Assembly (NCBI GenBank): GCA_039630085.1
Contig: JBCNVM010000005.1
Coordinates: 1-64,000 of the forward strand
DNA length: 64,000 bases
From: Candidatus Caldarchaeales archaeon
GTDB taxonomy: Archaea > Thermoproteota > Nitrososphaeria_A > Caldarchaeales > Calditenuaceae
Reading direction: 5' to 3'
The notes beneath the pieces are model-generated. The model was not told where the DNA came from and searched no databases. It saw only the letters and a program-made list of their open reading frames with translations. Made by a program: the position numbers and the translations under genes. Shown one piece after another: positions 39,252 through 48,982 of this stretch (positions are counted from its first letter, which is position 1; every line of letters starts with the position of its first letter).

Positions 39252-39884
39252 TTGCCGGGGAAGCGCGAGCTCGAGAGGGCGGCCCTCAGGAGGGCCTCGG
39301 GGTGGCTCGTCGACGCGATGGTCAGGAGGAGGGTCTCGCCGTTCGCGCTGACCTACTCGGCGTTCGGGCTCGCGGCCATCGCTGCATCGATGTTCGCGCT
39401 CCACCGGACGTGGGCCTGGCTCGTCCCCCTTGGTGGGCTCGTGTACCTGGCATCGGGGCTATTGGACGCGCTGGACGGCGAGGTCGCGAGGAGAGTCGGG
39501 AGGGCCACCTCGAGGGGCGCCTTCGAGGACTCGGTGCTCGACAAGTTCGGGGAGGCCGCGGTCTCCGTCGGGCTGTTGCTGGGGCCTGCGGGAGGGCTGG
39601 AAGCACTGCTCTTCGCGACCGGGTCGCTGCTGGTGAGCTACGCGAGGGCTCGTGCGGAGTCCCTGGGGGTGGAGCTGGCGGGCGTCGGGGTCGCAGAGAG
39701 GGCGGAGCGGACGGTCGGCCTGTTCGTGGGGACGCTGATCTACCCCTTCTGGGACATCGGGTTGAGCCTCGCCCTCGCGTTCGTCGGCGTCGCGGCGTAC
39801 GCTACGGCAGCCCACAGGTTCGTCGTCGCGTCGAGGGCCCTCGCGGTGCGGGACGCTCAGTCACTCGGCGCCGGGCGTAGATAG
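39252..39884 (+). CDS. CDP-alcohol phosphatidyltransferase (archaetidylinositol-phosphate synthase-like)
   Basis: 'DALDGEVAR...SRGAF.DS.LD', 'SY.RARAESLG', 'ERAER'; TTG start inferred. Confidence 0.88.
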   Translation: MPGKRELERAALRRASGWLVDAMVRRRVSPFALTYSAFGLAAIAASMFALHRTWAWLVPLGGLVYLASGLLDALDGEVARRVGRATSRGAFEDSVLDKFGEAAVSVGLLLGPAGGLEALLFATGSLLVSYARARAESLGVELAGVGVAERAERTVGLFVGTLIYPFWDIGLSLALAFVGVAAYATAAHRFVVASRALAVRDAQSLGAGRR

Positions 39885-40961
39885 GGCCTCCCTGAACTCG
39901 CGGAGGAACCGGTCGTTATCGCGCCTCGAGCAGACCGTGACCCTGATGCAGCCCCTCAGGTAAGGGTTCCCCTCGAAGCTCCTCACGACGATGCCCCTCC
40001 GAAGGAGCGAGCGCTTCACCTCTGAGGCGTCGCGGTCGTGGAGCCTGACCAAAAGGAAGTTCGCGGAGGACGGATAGACGCGGACCCCTCCGAGCCCAGA
40101 GAGCTCCGACCTGAGCCTCTCCCTCTCCCCCACGATCCTCTCGACGTCCCTCCTCACGTAGCCGTGGTTCCTGAGCGCGATCGCCCCGCACCTCGCGTTG
40201 ACCGAGCCGATGCTGTTGGGAGGCCTGGCCTTGTTCAGCTCCCTCACGACCGACTCGTTCGCGACAAGGTAGCCTATCCTGATCCCCGCGAGCCCGAAGG
40301 CCTTCGAGAGGGTCCTTATCACGCAGAGGTTCTCGTACCTCGAGAGGAGCCTCACCGCTGTCCTCCCGGAGAACTCGTGGTAGGCCTCGTCGACGACGAC
40401 CAGCGCCTCCGTCTCGCCGCAGACCCTCTCTATCGTCCCCTCCTCGAGCCCGTTCCCGGTGGGGTTGTTGGGGTCGCAGAGCCAGACCACGGATGTGCTC
40501 CTGTCGCAGGCCCTCAGCAGGGAGTCGACGTCCTCCCGGAAGTCCTCGAGCCTCGGCACGCCCCTGAACTCGGCCCCCTGCAGCTCTGTCGCGACCCTGA
40601 AGTACGAGTAGGTCGGGACCGGAGAGGTCGCGCTCCTCCCCCTCGTGAGGAAGGCCCTCGAGACGATGTCGATCGCCTCGTCGGCGCCGTTGGTCGGCAC
40701 GATCTGCTCAGAATCCCAGTTCACGTACTCGGCCATCGCCTCCCTCAACTCCCTGTAGCTCGTGTCGGGGTACTGGTTGACTTCGATCCCGTCCAGCTCC
40801 GACCTCAGCCTCCTCATCACCGCCGACGGTCTGTACGGCGAGACGTTGGTGTCCATCCTCACGACGTCCTCGGGCCTCAGGCCGTAGGTCCTCGCGATCT
40901 CCTCGGTCGAGGGCTCCCACGCGTACGGCTCGAACTCCGCCAGGTCCTCCCGCGGCCTCAC
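39861..40961 (-). CDS. hisC: Histidinol-phosphate aminotransferase
   Basis: 'YPD', 'NGADE', 'PNNPTG', 'VDEAY.EF', 'RTLSKAFGLAG.RIGY', 'SSANF'. Confidence 0.88.
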   Translation of the reverse strand: MRPREDLAEFEPYAWEPSTEEIARTYGLRPEDVVRMDTNVSPYRPSAVMRRLRSELDGIEVNQYPDTSYRELREAMAEYVNWDSEQIVPTNGADEAIDIVSRAFLTRGRSATSPVPTYSYFRVATELQGAEFRGVPRLEDFREDVDSLLRACDRSTSVVWLCDPNNPTGNGLEEGTIERVCGETEALVVVDEAYHEFSGRTAVRLLSRYENLCVIRTLSKAFGLAGIRIGYLVANESVVRELNKARPPNSIGSVNARCGAIALRNHGYVRRDVERIVGERERLRSELSGLGGVRVYPSSANFLLVRLHDRDASEVKRSLLRRGIVVRSFEGNPYLRGCIRVTVCSRRDNDRFLREFREALSTPGAE

Positions 40962-41074
40962 GCGGCTCGAGGGGCACTGGGACGTGATAAGCCCAACCGC
41001 CGACGTCTGGCCGGCTCCCGTTTTTCAACACTTAAATACACTGAGGGGACGGGTTCTGGATCGGGTGGAAAGGT

Positions 41075-41368
41075 CTGGCGCGGCATCACGGTTACAGGTA
41101 CCGGACGAGGACGCTCCTCACGAGGCCCGTCGGGTCGAGGATGGGGCCTAGGCCCGAGGTCTACCTGTTCGACTACCCCGTGGGCAGCAAGGTCGTGATC
41201 GCCTCCGACCCCATGGTCCACAAGTCGCTCCCCCACAAGAGGTTCCACGGCAAGGTGGGGACCGTCGTGGGGCGGAGGGGCAGGGGCTACGAGGTCGAGG
41301 TCTACTTCGGTTCCAAGAGGAAGCTGCTCTACGTCCTGCCGGACCACCTTATGCCCCACGCGGGCTAG
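41075..41368 (+). CDS. rpl21e: 50S ribosomal protein eL21; appears to start at CTG 41075
   Basis: '(M)ARHHGYRYRTRTLL...PHKRFHGKVGTVVG.RG'; the conserved N-terminus lies upstream of the first ATG (41141). Confidence 0.92.
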   Translation: MARHHGYRYRTRTLLTRPVGSRMGPRPEVYLFDYPVGSKVVIASDPMVHKSLPHKRFHGKVGTVVGRRGRGYEVEVYFGSKRKLLYVLPDHLMPHAG

Positions 41369-41378
41369 GTGAACTCGC

Positions 41379-41744
41379 TTGCCGAGGCGCGTGCTATCGA
41401 TGAAGCCGCTCTCGATACCCGAGGTGAAGGAGCTGCTGGAGGGGAGCCCGAGGAGCAGGTCGCCGATGGTCCAGAGGGTCTACGGCTACGTCTCGAGCTA
41501 CTCGAAGCTCAGCCCAGGGGCCGCGAGGGCCCTGAAGGAGGAGCTGATGCGGGACCACGGCCTCGACGAGCTGGAGGCGACTCAGGTCGTGAACGTCTGC
41601 CCGACGACCGTCGAGGAGCTCAGGTCTGTCCTCTCCGGACACAAGAGGCTGCTACTGACGGTCCTCGCTGACGAGGAGAAGCTCAGGAGGATCGTCGAGG
41701 CGGTCAGGGGGCACGCGGGCTCCGACCGAAGGTCCGAGGACTGA
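41379..41744 (+). CDS. rpo4: RNA polymerase subunit Rpo4 (RpoF)
   Basis: 'LSIPEVKELL', 'VNVCP.T.EELRSVL'; conserved rpl21e-rpoF-DUF655 order. Confidence 0.9.
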   Translation: MPRRVLSMKPLSIPEVKELLEGSPRSRSPMVQRVYGYVSSYSKLSPGAARALKEELMRDHGLDELEATQVVNVCPTTVEELRSVLSGHKRLLLTVLADEEKLRRIVEAVRGHAGSDRRSED

Positions 41745-41745
41745 C

Positions 41746-42327
41746 ATGCGGGAGTTCGAGCGCTGGAGGCCGAAGGTCTACGAGGACGAGGCGATAGTCC
41801 TCGGGACCGAGCAGTCGAGGAGGGGCGGGAGGTACGGACACGCGAACGTCTTCTACCTCCTCGGGACCGAGCACTTCACGCTCCTCGAGGCGGCGGTCTC
41901 CCCCGAGCTGAGGCTCATCCCCGGAAACCTCCTCTACATCGGCAAGGACGCGCCCAGGGACATGGTCAGGATCATCAGGAGGGTCGGGTACCAGGACCTC
42001 CCCGAGATGGCGAGGCTCGAGCTCGAGAGGGCGGTCGAGAGGATAGTGGGCGAGAAGGAGGAGAAGTTCGTGAAGTTCTTCAACACCTGCGGCCCCCTCA
42101 CGCCGAGGCTCCACGCCCTCGAGGTGATCCCCGGGATCGGGAAGAAGACGATGCTTAAGGTCCTCGAGGAGAGGGAGAGGAAGCCCTTCGAGTCCTTCGA
42201 GGATATCGAGGCGAGGACGGGCCTGCAGGACGTCAAGGGGAGCGTCGTGAAGAGGATACTGCAGGAGCTCTCCGACCCAAACAACAGGTACTGGCTCTTC
42301 GCGAGGCCGCCGCACGTCGAGGCCTGA
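41746..42327 (+). CDS. DUF655 putative RNA-binding protein
   Basis: 'FTLLE', 'FFN...P.TPRLH.LE..PGIGKK', 'PFESFEDI'. Confidence 0.92.
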   Translation: MREFERWRPKVYEDEAIVLGTEQSRRGGRYGHANVFYLLGTEHFTLLEAAVSPELRLIPGNLLYIGKDAPRDMVRIIRRVGYQDLPEMARLELERAVERIVGEKEEKFVKFFNTCGPLTPRLHALEVIPGIGKKTMLKVLEERERKPFESFEDIEARTGLQDVKGSVVKRILQELSDPNNRYWLFARPPHVEA

Positions 42328-42395
42328 CCCCGAGGAGCTAGATGCCTGGGGTTCGGGTCTCACGTAAATATTGCCCGGATCGGGAGCGGTTCGGG

Positions 42396-43148
42396 ATGAA
42401 CGAGCTCGTGAGGATGGAGGACGTCTCCTTCGCCTACGCGAACTCCCGGAGCCCGGTCCTCCAGGGGATCAACGTCCACGTTAACTACGCCGAGTTCGTG
42501 GGCATAGTCGGGCCGAGCGGGTGCGGCAAGTCGACGCTCCTCAGGCTCATGTCGGGCCTCCTCAAGCCCACGAGGGGCAGGGTGCTCTTCAGGGGCGAGC
42601 CTCTAGACGGCCCCAATCCCAGGATCTCGATGATGTTCCAGTCCCCGACGCTCCTGCCTTGGCTCACGGTGATCGACAACGTCACGCTCCCCCTCAGGGC
42701 TAGGAAGGACCTGACCGAGGAGGAGAAGGAGGAGCTTGGGATGAGGTTCCTCGACCTCACGGGGCTCTCAGGTTACGAGAGGGCCTATCCCAGGGAGCTC
42801 AGCGGAGGGATGCAGCAGCGCGTGGCCCTCGCGAGGGCCCTCGTCAGCCTACCGGACCTCCTCCTCCTCGACGAGCCGTTCAGCAACCTGGACCCGCTCA
42901 CAGCGCTGGCCCTGATCAGGGAGATAGAGCACATGTGGTACGACTCCAGCCTGCCCCCGGCCTCGGTCGTGCTGGTCTCCCACAACGTCGACGAGATAGT
43001 CCAGCTCTCTGACAGGATCCTCGTCCTCAAGGGAAGACCCGCGACCGTCGTCGCAGAGGTCAAGGTCGAGCTCGAGAGGCCGAGAGTCAGGAGGAGCCCG
43101 GAGTTCCTCAACATCGTCGACGAGGTTATTGTGCTTCTGGGGAACTAG
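42396..43148 (+). CDS. Nitrate/sulfonate (TauB-like) ABC ATPase
   Basis: 'GPSGCGKSTLL', 'FQ...LLPWLTV', 'AYPRELSGGMQQR', 'LDEPFS.LD'. Confidence 0.9.
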   Translation: MNELVRMEDVSFAYANSRSPVLQGINVHVNYAEFVGIVGPSGCGKSTLLRLMSGLLKPTRGRVLFRGEPLDGPNPRISMMFQSPTLLPWLTVIDNVTLPLRARKDLTEEEKEELGMRFLDLTGLSGYERAYPRELSGGMQQRVALARALVSLPDLLLLDEPFSNLDPLTALALIREIEHMWYDSSLPPASVVLVSHNVDEIVQLSDRILVLKGRPATVVAEVKVELERPRVRRSPEFLNIVDEVIVLLGN

Positions 43149-43651
43149 GCCCTCGATCTTCTCGCCCTCCTGATCTTGAAGGAGGAGGACTCTCCGTCGT
43201 ACTCGAGTATGCCGGTAGCGACAAGCCAGTCGATGATGAAGGAGTTCAGCCTCCTCAGCTGCTCCTCCTCGACCGAGCAGAGCCCGAGCCTCTCGTTGAT
43301 CTCCTCGACCGAGAGCGGCGACTGGACCGAGGACAGAAGCGCGATGATCGACCTGAAGGGCTCGAGCCCCTGCACCAGCTCCCTCAGCATCCCCAGCTTC
43401 CCAGACATCCCCTTCCTGCTGAAGGCTTGGCCCTCCTTCGTGAGGATCAGGTCGCCGTTCGCGACCTCGACGAACCTCAGCGCCCTCGCGACGTCCGCGA
43501 CCCTCAGGAGGTGCCCGGTCTCCATCCCGGTCTCCCTCGCTAGCCGATGCAGGTCTATCCGGCCTCCCCAGAGCACCAGGACCTCGACCAGCCCCGCGAT
43601 CATCGAGGGCGTCACGTCTATGGGGCAGCTCGGTTGCTCCTCTTCCGACAA
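43145..43651 (-). CDS. Stand-alone AAA-associated C-terminal (wHTH-like) domain of nitrate/sulfonate ABC ATPases
   Basis: 'IAGLVEVL...GGRIDL..LA.E', 'L.FVEV..GDL.LT.EG..F', 'IDW....G..EYD'. Confidence 0.75.
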   Translation of the reverse strand: MSEEEQPSCPIDVTPSMIAGLVEVLVLWGGRIDLHRLARETGMETGHLLRVADVARALRFVEVANGDLILTKEGQAFSRKGMSGKLGMLRELVQGLEPFRSIIALLSSVQSPLSVEEINERLGLCSVEEEQLRRLNSFIIDWLVATGILEYDGESSSFKIRRARRSRA

Positions 43652-43734
43652 CCCCTCAGGAGCCTTCCCGGCGTCCGCATAAAAACCCTGACCCGGTTCT
43701 CATTTAAATACAGACCGAGCTCGGTGACCGGAGG

Positions 43735-44151
43735 ATGGCGCAGGCTGCGAGGGCGGAGGCGCTCAGGACGGTCTTCGTGGGCAAGAGAAAGGAGGCGGTG
43801 GCGAGGCTGAAGGTCGAGCGGGGCTCGGGGAAGGTGATGGTGAACGGCACGCCGATCGAGCTCTGGGGGAACTGGATCGCGAGGGAGAAGGCGATGGCGC
43901 CGGTCAGAATCGCCGGCGAGGCCGCGGGCTCCTACGACTTCCACCTGAACGTCCAGGGAGGCGGGATTCTGGGCCAGGCCGACGCGATCGCGATCGCGAT
44001 CTCGAGGGCTCTGGCGGCGCTGAACCCGGAGCTGAGGAAGTCGGTCGAGTCCTACGACTACCACATGATCTCGGGTGACCCGAGGAGGACCGAGCCCAAG
44101 AAGCCCAACAGGAGGTCCGCGAGGAGGTTCAAGCAGAAGTCCTACAGGTGA
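43735..44151 (+). CDS. rps9: 30S ribosomal protein uS9
   Basis: 'GKRK.AVAR', 'GGG..GQA.A', 'DPRR.EPKK', 'QKSYR'. Confidence 0.97.
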   Translation: MAQAARAEALRTVFVGKRKEAVARLKVERGSGKVMVNGTPIELWGNWIAREKAMAPVRIAGEAAGSYDFHLNVQGGGILGQADAIAIAISRALAALNPELRKSVESYDYHMISGDPRRTEPKKPNRRSARRFKQKSYR

Positions 44152-44193
44152 AGCCCCGAGGCCTGAAGCGACCGAGCCGGAGCGGGCCGGAGC

Positions 44194-44877
44194 TTGACGA
44201 GGGTCGATCTTGTGATAGCTGAGGCCGCGATCGAGCTTGTGCCGAGGGAGCTCTGGAGGGAGCCCGACGTCGTCTCCTACTGCAGGAGGAGGAAGAAGGA
44301 CGTCAGGTGGACGCTCCTCGACTCCTCCTACCACCACAGGGCGATGAGGGGGCTCAGCGACGGCCACAGGCGCGGTAGGCCTGACATCGTCCACTTCGCG
44401 CTCCTCGAGGCCCTCGGCTCGCCGCTCAACCTCTCGGGGATGCTGGGCGTACACGTTCACACCTGGGACAACAGGTGGATCAGGGTGAACCCGGCGACGA
44501 GGCTCCCGAGGGTCTACGACCGGTTCAAGGGCCTGATCGAGCAGCTCTACAAGGAGGGAAGGGTCGCCTCCGGTGACGGGGCCGTCCTCCTCGAGATGGA
44601 GGAGTCGGACCTGAGGGGCGTGCTCGAAAGGCTCGGTCCGGGCACGAGGGTCCTCCTCCACGAGTCCGGGGACGACATGGAGGCTGCGATCGGAGCTGGG
44701 TCGGTTGGGGTAGACGACATGAAGCTGATCGTCGGCGGCTTCCCGCACGGCGACTTCAGCCGGGAGGTCCTCGAAGCGGCCGACATTCGGCTAAGGGTCT
44801 CGAGCCACAGGCTCGACGCGTGGGTCGCAGTATCGAGGGCCCTCTGCCTCTTGGAGAGGCGCCTGCTGGGCCGCTGA
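44194..44877 (+). CDS. nep1: 16S rRNA pseudouridine N1-methyltransferase Nep1/EMG1
   Basis: 'LLDSSYH', 'RGRPDIVH', 'RLPR.YDRF.GL', 'GGFPHGDF'. Confidence 0.93.
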   Translation: MTRVDLVIAEAAIELVPRELWREPDVVSYCRRRKKDVRWTLLDSSYHHRAMRGLSDGHRRGRPDIVHFALLEALGSPLNLSGMLGVHVHTWDNRWIRVNPATRLPRVYDRFKGLIEQLYKEGRVASGDGAVLLEMEESDLRGVLERLGPGTRVLLHESGDDMEAAIGAGSVGVDDMKLIVGGFPHGDFSREVLEAADIRLRVSSHRLDAWVAVSRALCLLERRLLGR

Positions 44878-44889
44878 GGAGGAGAGGGT

Positions 44890-46590
44890 TCAGCCGTACC
44901 TGAAGGCGACCCCGTGCCCCCGCCTCTCGTGTCCGAAGTCCACGACGCCCTTCGGGCCTATCACGCCACAGGTCCCGCAGGCGACGCAGGCCACGTAGTC
45001 GAACCTCAGCCTCGCCCTCGCCACGTCCTCGAACGTCTCCCGTAGGGCCCTTGCCCTCGCGGCCTCCTCCGAGAGCCCCTCGGACCTGGCCCTGTTGAGG
45101 TTGAAGAGGTATAGGTCCCTGTAGGACGCGAAGACGCCCTTGTCGAGCAGGAGCGTGTAGCAGTTGACCGGGCAGGCCGGCACCCACTGCTTCAGGGAGA
45201 AGGAGGACGCGGCGTCGATGTCGACCTTGATGTGGCTGTAGTGGTGGTCCTCGTCGTACTGGAGCATGCCCGTGAGCTCCTGGACCCTCTTGATCGCGTC
45301 CCTCGACCCGACCTGCGGGGCGTTGCTCGAAGCAGAGCTTACCCATTCGCCTCCGGTCGCGAGGAGCAGCCTCGGGCCGAGACCGTACCCGATCCGGCCC
45401 TCGCTTATCGCGGAGTTCGTGGCGGACCTCCTGATGTCCCTCTGGATCGGCCTGAGGAGCTCCCGGTAGTGGGAGAGCGCCTCCTCGTCGAACCTGTTGG
45501 CCGAGAGGCACCTCAGCGCGACCTCGGCCGCCATTATCCCGGTCGCGATCGCCCTCCTCATGCCGTCGATGAGGCCCCCGATCTTGACGAAGGCTCCCAG
45601 CGCGTCGCCGGTCACGAGGAACCCTGCCCTGTAGGGCCTCTCGAGGAACGTCTTGTGGCCCTTCGGTATGTTGTGGGCCGAGTACTCGACGAGTTCCGCT
45701 CCCTCGAGGTACTTGGAGACCGCGGGGTGGGCCTCGAACTCCTCCAGCAGGTCCATCGGCTTCCCGACGTTGACGGGGTCCTCCGCCGCTCGCTTCAGGT
45801 ACGCTTCCAGCGAGACGACGATCCCGACGCTGAGGGTGTCCCTGTTGGTGTAGAGGAAGGCGCCCCCGCTGACGCCCCTCATGAAGGGCCCGATGAAGTA
45901 GATCGCCTTGCCCTCGCCCTGTCCGACCCCGAACCTCTCCTCGATCAGCTCGGGCTTGAGCTTGAAGACGTGCTTGACGCCGTGGTAGACCTGGTGCGGC
46001 TCGAGCTTCGGCCGGAGCCCCGCCTCGACCACGAGGTTCGAAGTGACGCCGGTCGCGTCGATCACCAGCTTCGACCTTAGTTCCTCGTCGCCGGTACTGA
46101 CCCCGACGACCCTTCCGTCCTCGAAGATGAGGTGCTCCACGGTGGTGCAGGTGTTCACGACTCCCCCCGCCTCCTGGACCTTCGTCGCCATCCACCGGTC
46201 AATCCTCGCCCTCAGGACCGAGTAGGCCCTCTCGCCGGTGTAGTTGAAGCCCGTGATCCCGAGCTTCGTCAAGAAGGAGCGCTCGTCGACCCTCCTCACC
46301 TTGTACGACGCGGCGCCGTCGGTGCGCGTGGGCTCCGTGACGAAGAGGACCTCGTGCGAGACGATCCGCCTCTCAACCGGCCCTTTCTCGACGAAGTCCG
46401 GGAAGACGTCGAGCACGGTGTAGCCCGGGATGTAGTCGAGGTAGAGGACCCCGCCCGAGACGTTCTTGCTCCCAGCGAGGGGGCCGCGCTCCAAGAGAGC
46501 GACGTCGACCCCGTTCTGGACCAGCTTCATCGCGGCTGCACATCCGGCGGGCCCTGCACCTACCACTATGACGTCGAAGTCGTAGCCCAC
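44890..46590 (-). CDS. fixC: FixC flavoprotein fused to FixX ferredoxin
   Basis: 'GAGPAG', 'GSKNVSGG', 'GGAFLYTN', 'EYSAH', 'GDA'; C-terminal 'CPVNCY...CVACGTC...GHGV.FRYG'. Confidence 0.9.
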   Translation of the reverse strand: MGYDFDVIVVGAGPAGCAAAMKLVQNGVDVALLERGPLAGSKNVSGGVLYLDYIPGYTVLDVFPDFVEKGPVERRIVSHEVLFVTEPTRTDGAASYKVRRVDERSFLTKLGITGFNYTGERAYSVLRARIDRWMATKVQEAGGVVNTCTTVEHLIFEDGRVVGVSTGDEELRSKLVIDATGVTSNLVVEAGLRPKLEPHQVYHGVKHVFKLKPELIEERFGVGQGEGKAIYFIGPFMRGVSGGAFLYTNRDTLSVGIVVSLEAYLKRAAEDPVNVGKPMDLLEEFEAHPAVSKYLEGAELVEYSAHNIPKGHKTFLERPYRAGFLVTGDALGAFVKIGGLIDGMRRAIATGIMAAEVALRCLSANRFDEEALSHYRELLRPIQRDIRRSATNSAISEGRIGYGLGPRLLLATGGEWVSSASSNAPQVGSRDAIKRVQELTGMLQYDEDHHYSHIKVDIDAASSFSLKQWVPACPVNCYTLLLDKGVFASYRDLYLFNLNRARSEGLSEEAARARALRETFEDVARARLRFDYVACVACGTCGVIGPKGVVDFGHERRGHGVAFRYG

Positions 46591-47709
46591 TTAGATCGAC
46601 CTCAGCCCCTCGATCAGCTTTGGGAGGAACTCGTAGAGGTCCCCGACGACGCAGTAGTGCGCGATCTGGAAAATGGGGGCGTTGGGGTCCGTGTTGACCG
46701 CTACGATCTTCTTCGCCCTCTGCATGCCGACCCTGTGCTGGAGAGCTCCGCTTATCCCCAGGGCGATGTAGACGTCCGGCGCGACGGTCTTCCCTGTCTG
46801 TCCGACCTGCCTCTCCTTAGTTATCAGACCCTCGAGCTCCTTCAGCTGGGCGTAGATCAGGGCCCTGCTCGAGCCGATCTCGGCCTTAAGGCCCAGCTTC
46901 TCCCGTATCAGCGCCTTCAGCTCCTCCGCCATCCTGTACGCCTCCCTCGGGTCCCTCGGGTTCCCTGCGGCGTCCCTCAGTATCCCGAGCCCCAGGCTGA
47001 TGACGACGTTCGCCTCCTCGAGCTTCACCTCGCTCTTGGGGAGGCGCTTTGTCTCGAGGACCTCGACCTGGAAGTCGTCCTCGTTGAACCGGGGCTCCCA
47101 CCTGATCACCTCGCCGTCCCTGCCCTCGTCCCTCGGGAGGGGCGTGAAGTTCCCGGGCCTCACGCTGCTGATCTGGGGCCTGTGCTTCGGCGTGAAGATC
47201 TTCGCGACCCTCGTGGCGAAGTCGGGCCTCACCTGCGCGATGCAGTCCTTGTAGATGTACCGGCCAGTGGGTAGGTTCATGACGAAGTCCTCGACTATGA
47301 GGTCGATCACGTCCGCGGCGAGGCCCGTCCTCGTCCTGTAAGCTACCCTAGGTCCGAGGTCCTTCCCGATCTCGCTGGTGACGAAGAGCAGCGCCCACGG
47401 CTTCAGCTTCAGGACCATGTCGGAGAGCACGGTCGTGTACGGCAGGACCTGGTAGTCCTTGAGGCGGGGGTCGTCGCAGTAGATCACCTTGTCTGCCCCG
47501 TAGTAAATCGGCTCCCTCACCAGGTCCCCGAGGTTGTAACCCATCAGGACGCAGACGACCTTCATCCCAACCTTCTCGGCGATCTTCCTCGCACCGGCTA
47601 TGACCTCGGTCGTCGCCCTGGTGAGCTGGCCGTCCTCGTGCTCGCAGTAGACCCAGACGTCGGTGTACCCCTCTATCCTGATCTCAAAGCTTGGCAGCTG
47701 CGAGGACAC
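46591..47709 (-). CDS. fixB: Electron transfer flavoprotein alpha subunit (FixB/EtfA)
   Basis: 'TGLAAD', 'RQVGQTGKTV.P..YIALGISGA.QH', 'AVNTD.NAPIF'. Confidence 0.93.
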   Translation of the reverse strand: MSSQLPSFEIRIEGYTDVWVYCEHEDGQLTRATTEVIAGARKIAEKVGMKVVCVLMGYNLGDLVREPIYYGADKVIYCDDPRLKDYQVLPYTTVLSDMVLKLKPWALLFVTSEIGKDLGPRVAYRTRTGLAADVIDLIVEDFVMNLPTGRYIYKDCIAQVRPDFATRVAKIFTPKHRPQISSVRPGNFTPLPRDEGRDGEVIRWEPRFNEDDFQVEVLETKRLPKSEVKLEEANVVISLGLGILRDAAGNPRDPREAYRMAEELKALIREKLGLKAEIGSSRALIYAQLKELEGLITKERQVGQTGKTVAPDVYIALGISGALQHRVGMQRAKKIVAVNTDPNAPIFQIAHYCVVGDLYEFLPKLIEGLRSI

Positions 47710-48886
47710 CGCCGAACACCTCCGCTATCAGGTCCTTCAGTTCGAACGTCTTCACTAGGCCCTTAGCCTCGAGCTCCCTCACCAGCTCCTCGGGCAACCC
47801 CTCGACCTTCTGGAACCTCTCGAAAGGCCCGTAGGCCTTGCCGTTGAACTCGAGCCTCTCGACCCTCGCGGAGAAGACCTTCGTCACGCCCAGGAACTTC
47901 TGCACGGGAATGCCGCCTATGTCGATCCCAGGACCGACGATGGTCGGGGACCCTGCCAGCCCTATCTGCGAGGGGTCGGCGCCGATCGCGTCGGCGTTCC
48001 AGACGACCACCTCCGGCGACTTTTCCCTGTAGGAGAAGGACCTCGCCCTCTTCCTCCTCGAGACCGGCGGGACGTCGGGCCTGTACTCGGGCGAGATCGT
48101 GATCACGCACGGCAGCGGCGACCTGACCCTCTGGACGTAGGAGCCGAGCTTCCGCTCAGCGATCAGCGTACCGCTCTCCGCGTCGACCTCGAACCAAGAG
48201 ACGTACGTGATGTCAGGTATCCTCTTGCCCAGCAGGTCCGAGAGCGCCTCTGCGGTCTGGGGTCCCGTGCTTCCAGTCTCGCCGTCGGAGGTCTTCAGAC
48301 CCGCGACGATCAGGAACCTCTCCAGCTCGACCTTTACCCTCTCGAGCGCCTCGAGCGCCTCCTCCCTCGTCGCCTGACCCCTGGCGTAGCGCTGGATGAC
48401 ACCGAGCGGGACGCCCGGCTTGTCGGTGTAGAGGAGGTTCGGGATTAGGTTCTTCTCGTAAAGCTCCTTGGCCCTCTCGAGGACCCTCTCCGGGCTCTCG
48501 CCGGACTCGACCATCGACCTGAGCTCGTCGACCGCGCCCCTGTTCAGGTCAAGCACCCTCTTGATCCCCAGGGCCAGCGTGTAGGCGGTCGCCCATGTGT
48601 CGGCACCGGCCATCCTCCTGTCGCTCAGGATGACGCCCTCGTCGACTCCCTCGATCGGCTGCGCGTAAAGCTCCGAGACCAGCGGCTTCACCTTGAAGTC
48701 GGGGCCCATGCTGACCGCGACGAGCTTTCCCCCGTTGTACCTCTTCGCGTAGTCGGCGGCTTGGAGCGCCTTGAAGTCGAGCGGGTTGATCACCAGGTCC
48801 ATCTCTTCCCTCCTCAGGACGCCGCCGACCGTGATGACTCTGGTCGTCCTGGCCGGCACCGCCTTGGTCATCAATATCACGATCAC
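47684..48886 (-). CDS. fixA: Electron transfer flavoprotein beta subunit (FixA/EtfB), enlarged
   Basis: 'NPLD..AL', 'SMGP', 'SDR.MAGADT.AT', 'DGETG..GP', 'GL.GSPT.V'. Confidence 0.88.
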   Translation of the reverse strand: MIVILMTKAVPARTTRVITVGGVLRREEMDLVINPLDFKALQAADYAKRYNGGKLVAVSMGPDFKVKPLVSELYAQPIEGVDEGVILSDRRMAGADTWATAYTLALGIKRVLDLNRGAVDELRSMVESGESPERVLERAKELYEKNLIPNLLYTDKPGVPLGVIQRYARGQATREEALEALERVKVELERFLIVAGLKTSDGETGSTGPQTAEALSDLLGKRIPDITYVSWFEVDAESGTLIAERKLGSYVQRVRSPLPCVITISPEYRPDVPPVSRRKRARSFSYREKSPEVVVWNADAIGADPSQIGLAGSPTIVGPGIDIGGIPVQKFLGVTKVFSARVERLEFNGKAYGPFERFQKVEGLPEELVRELEAKGLVKTFELKDLIAEVFGGVLAAAKL

Positions 48887-48982
48887 GATCTCTCCCGGGG
48901 AGTCTTCAACGACGCTCTTAATTTATACCCTCCGAGAATAAACGGAACTCGAAGACGGTCCGACGTCAAGAGGTCGCGTCCG

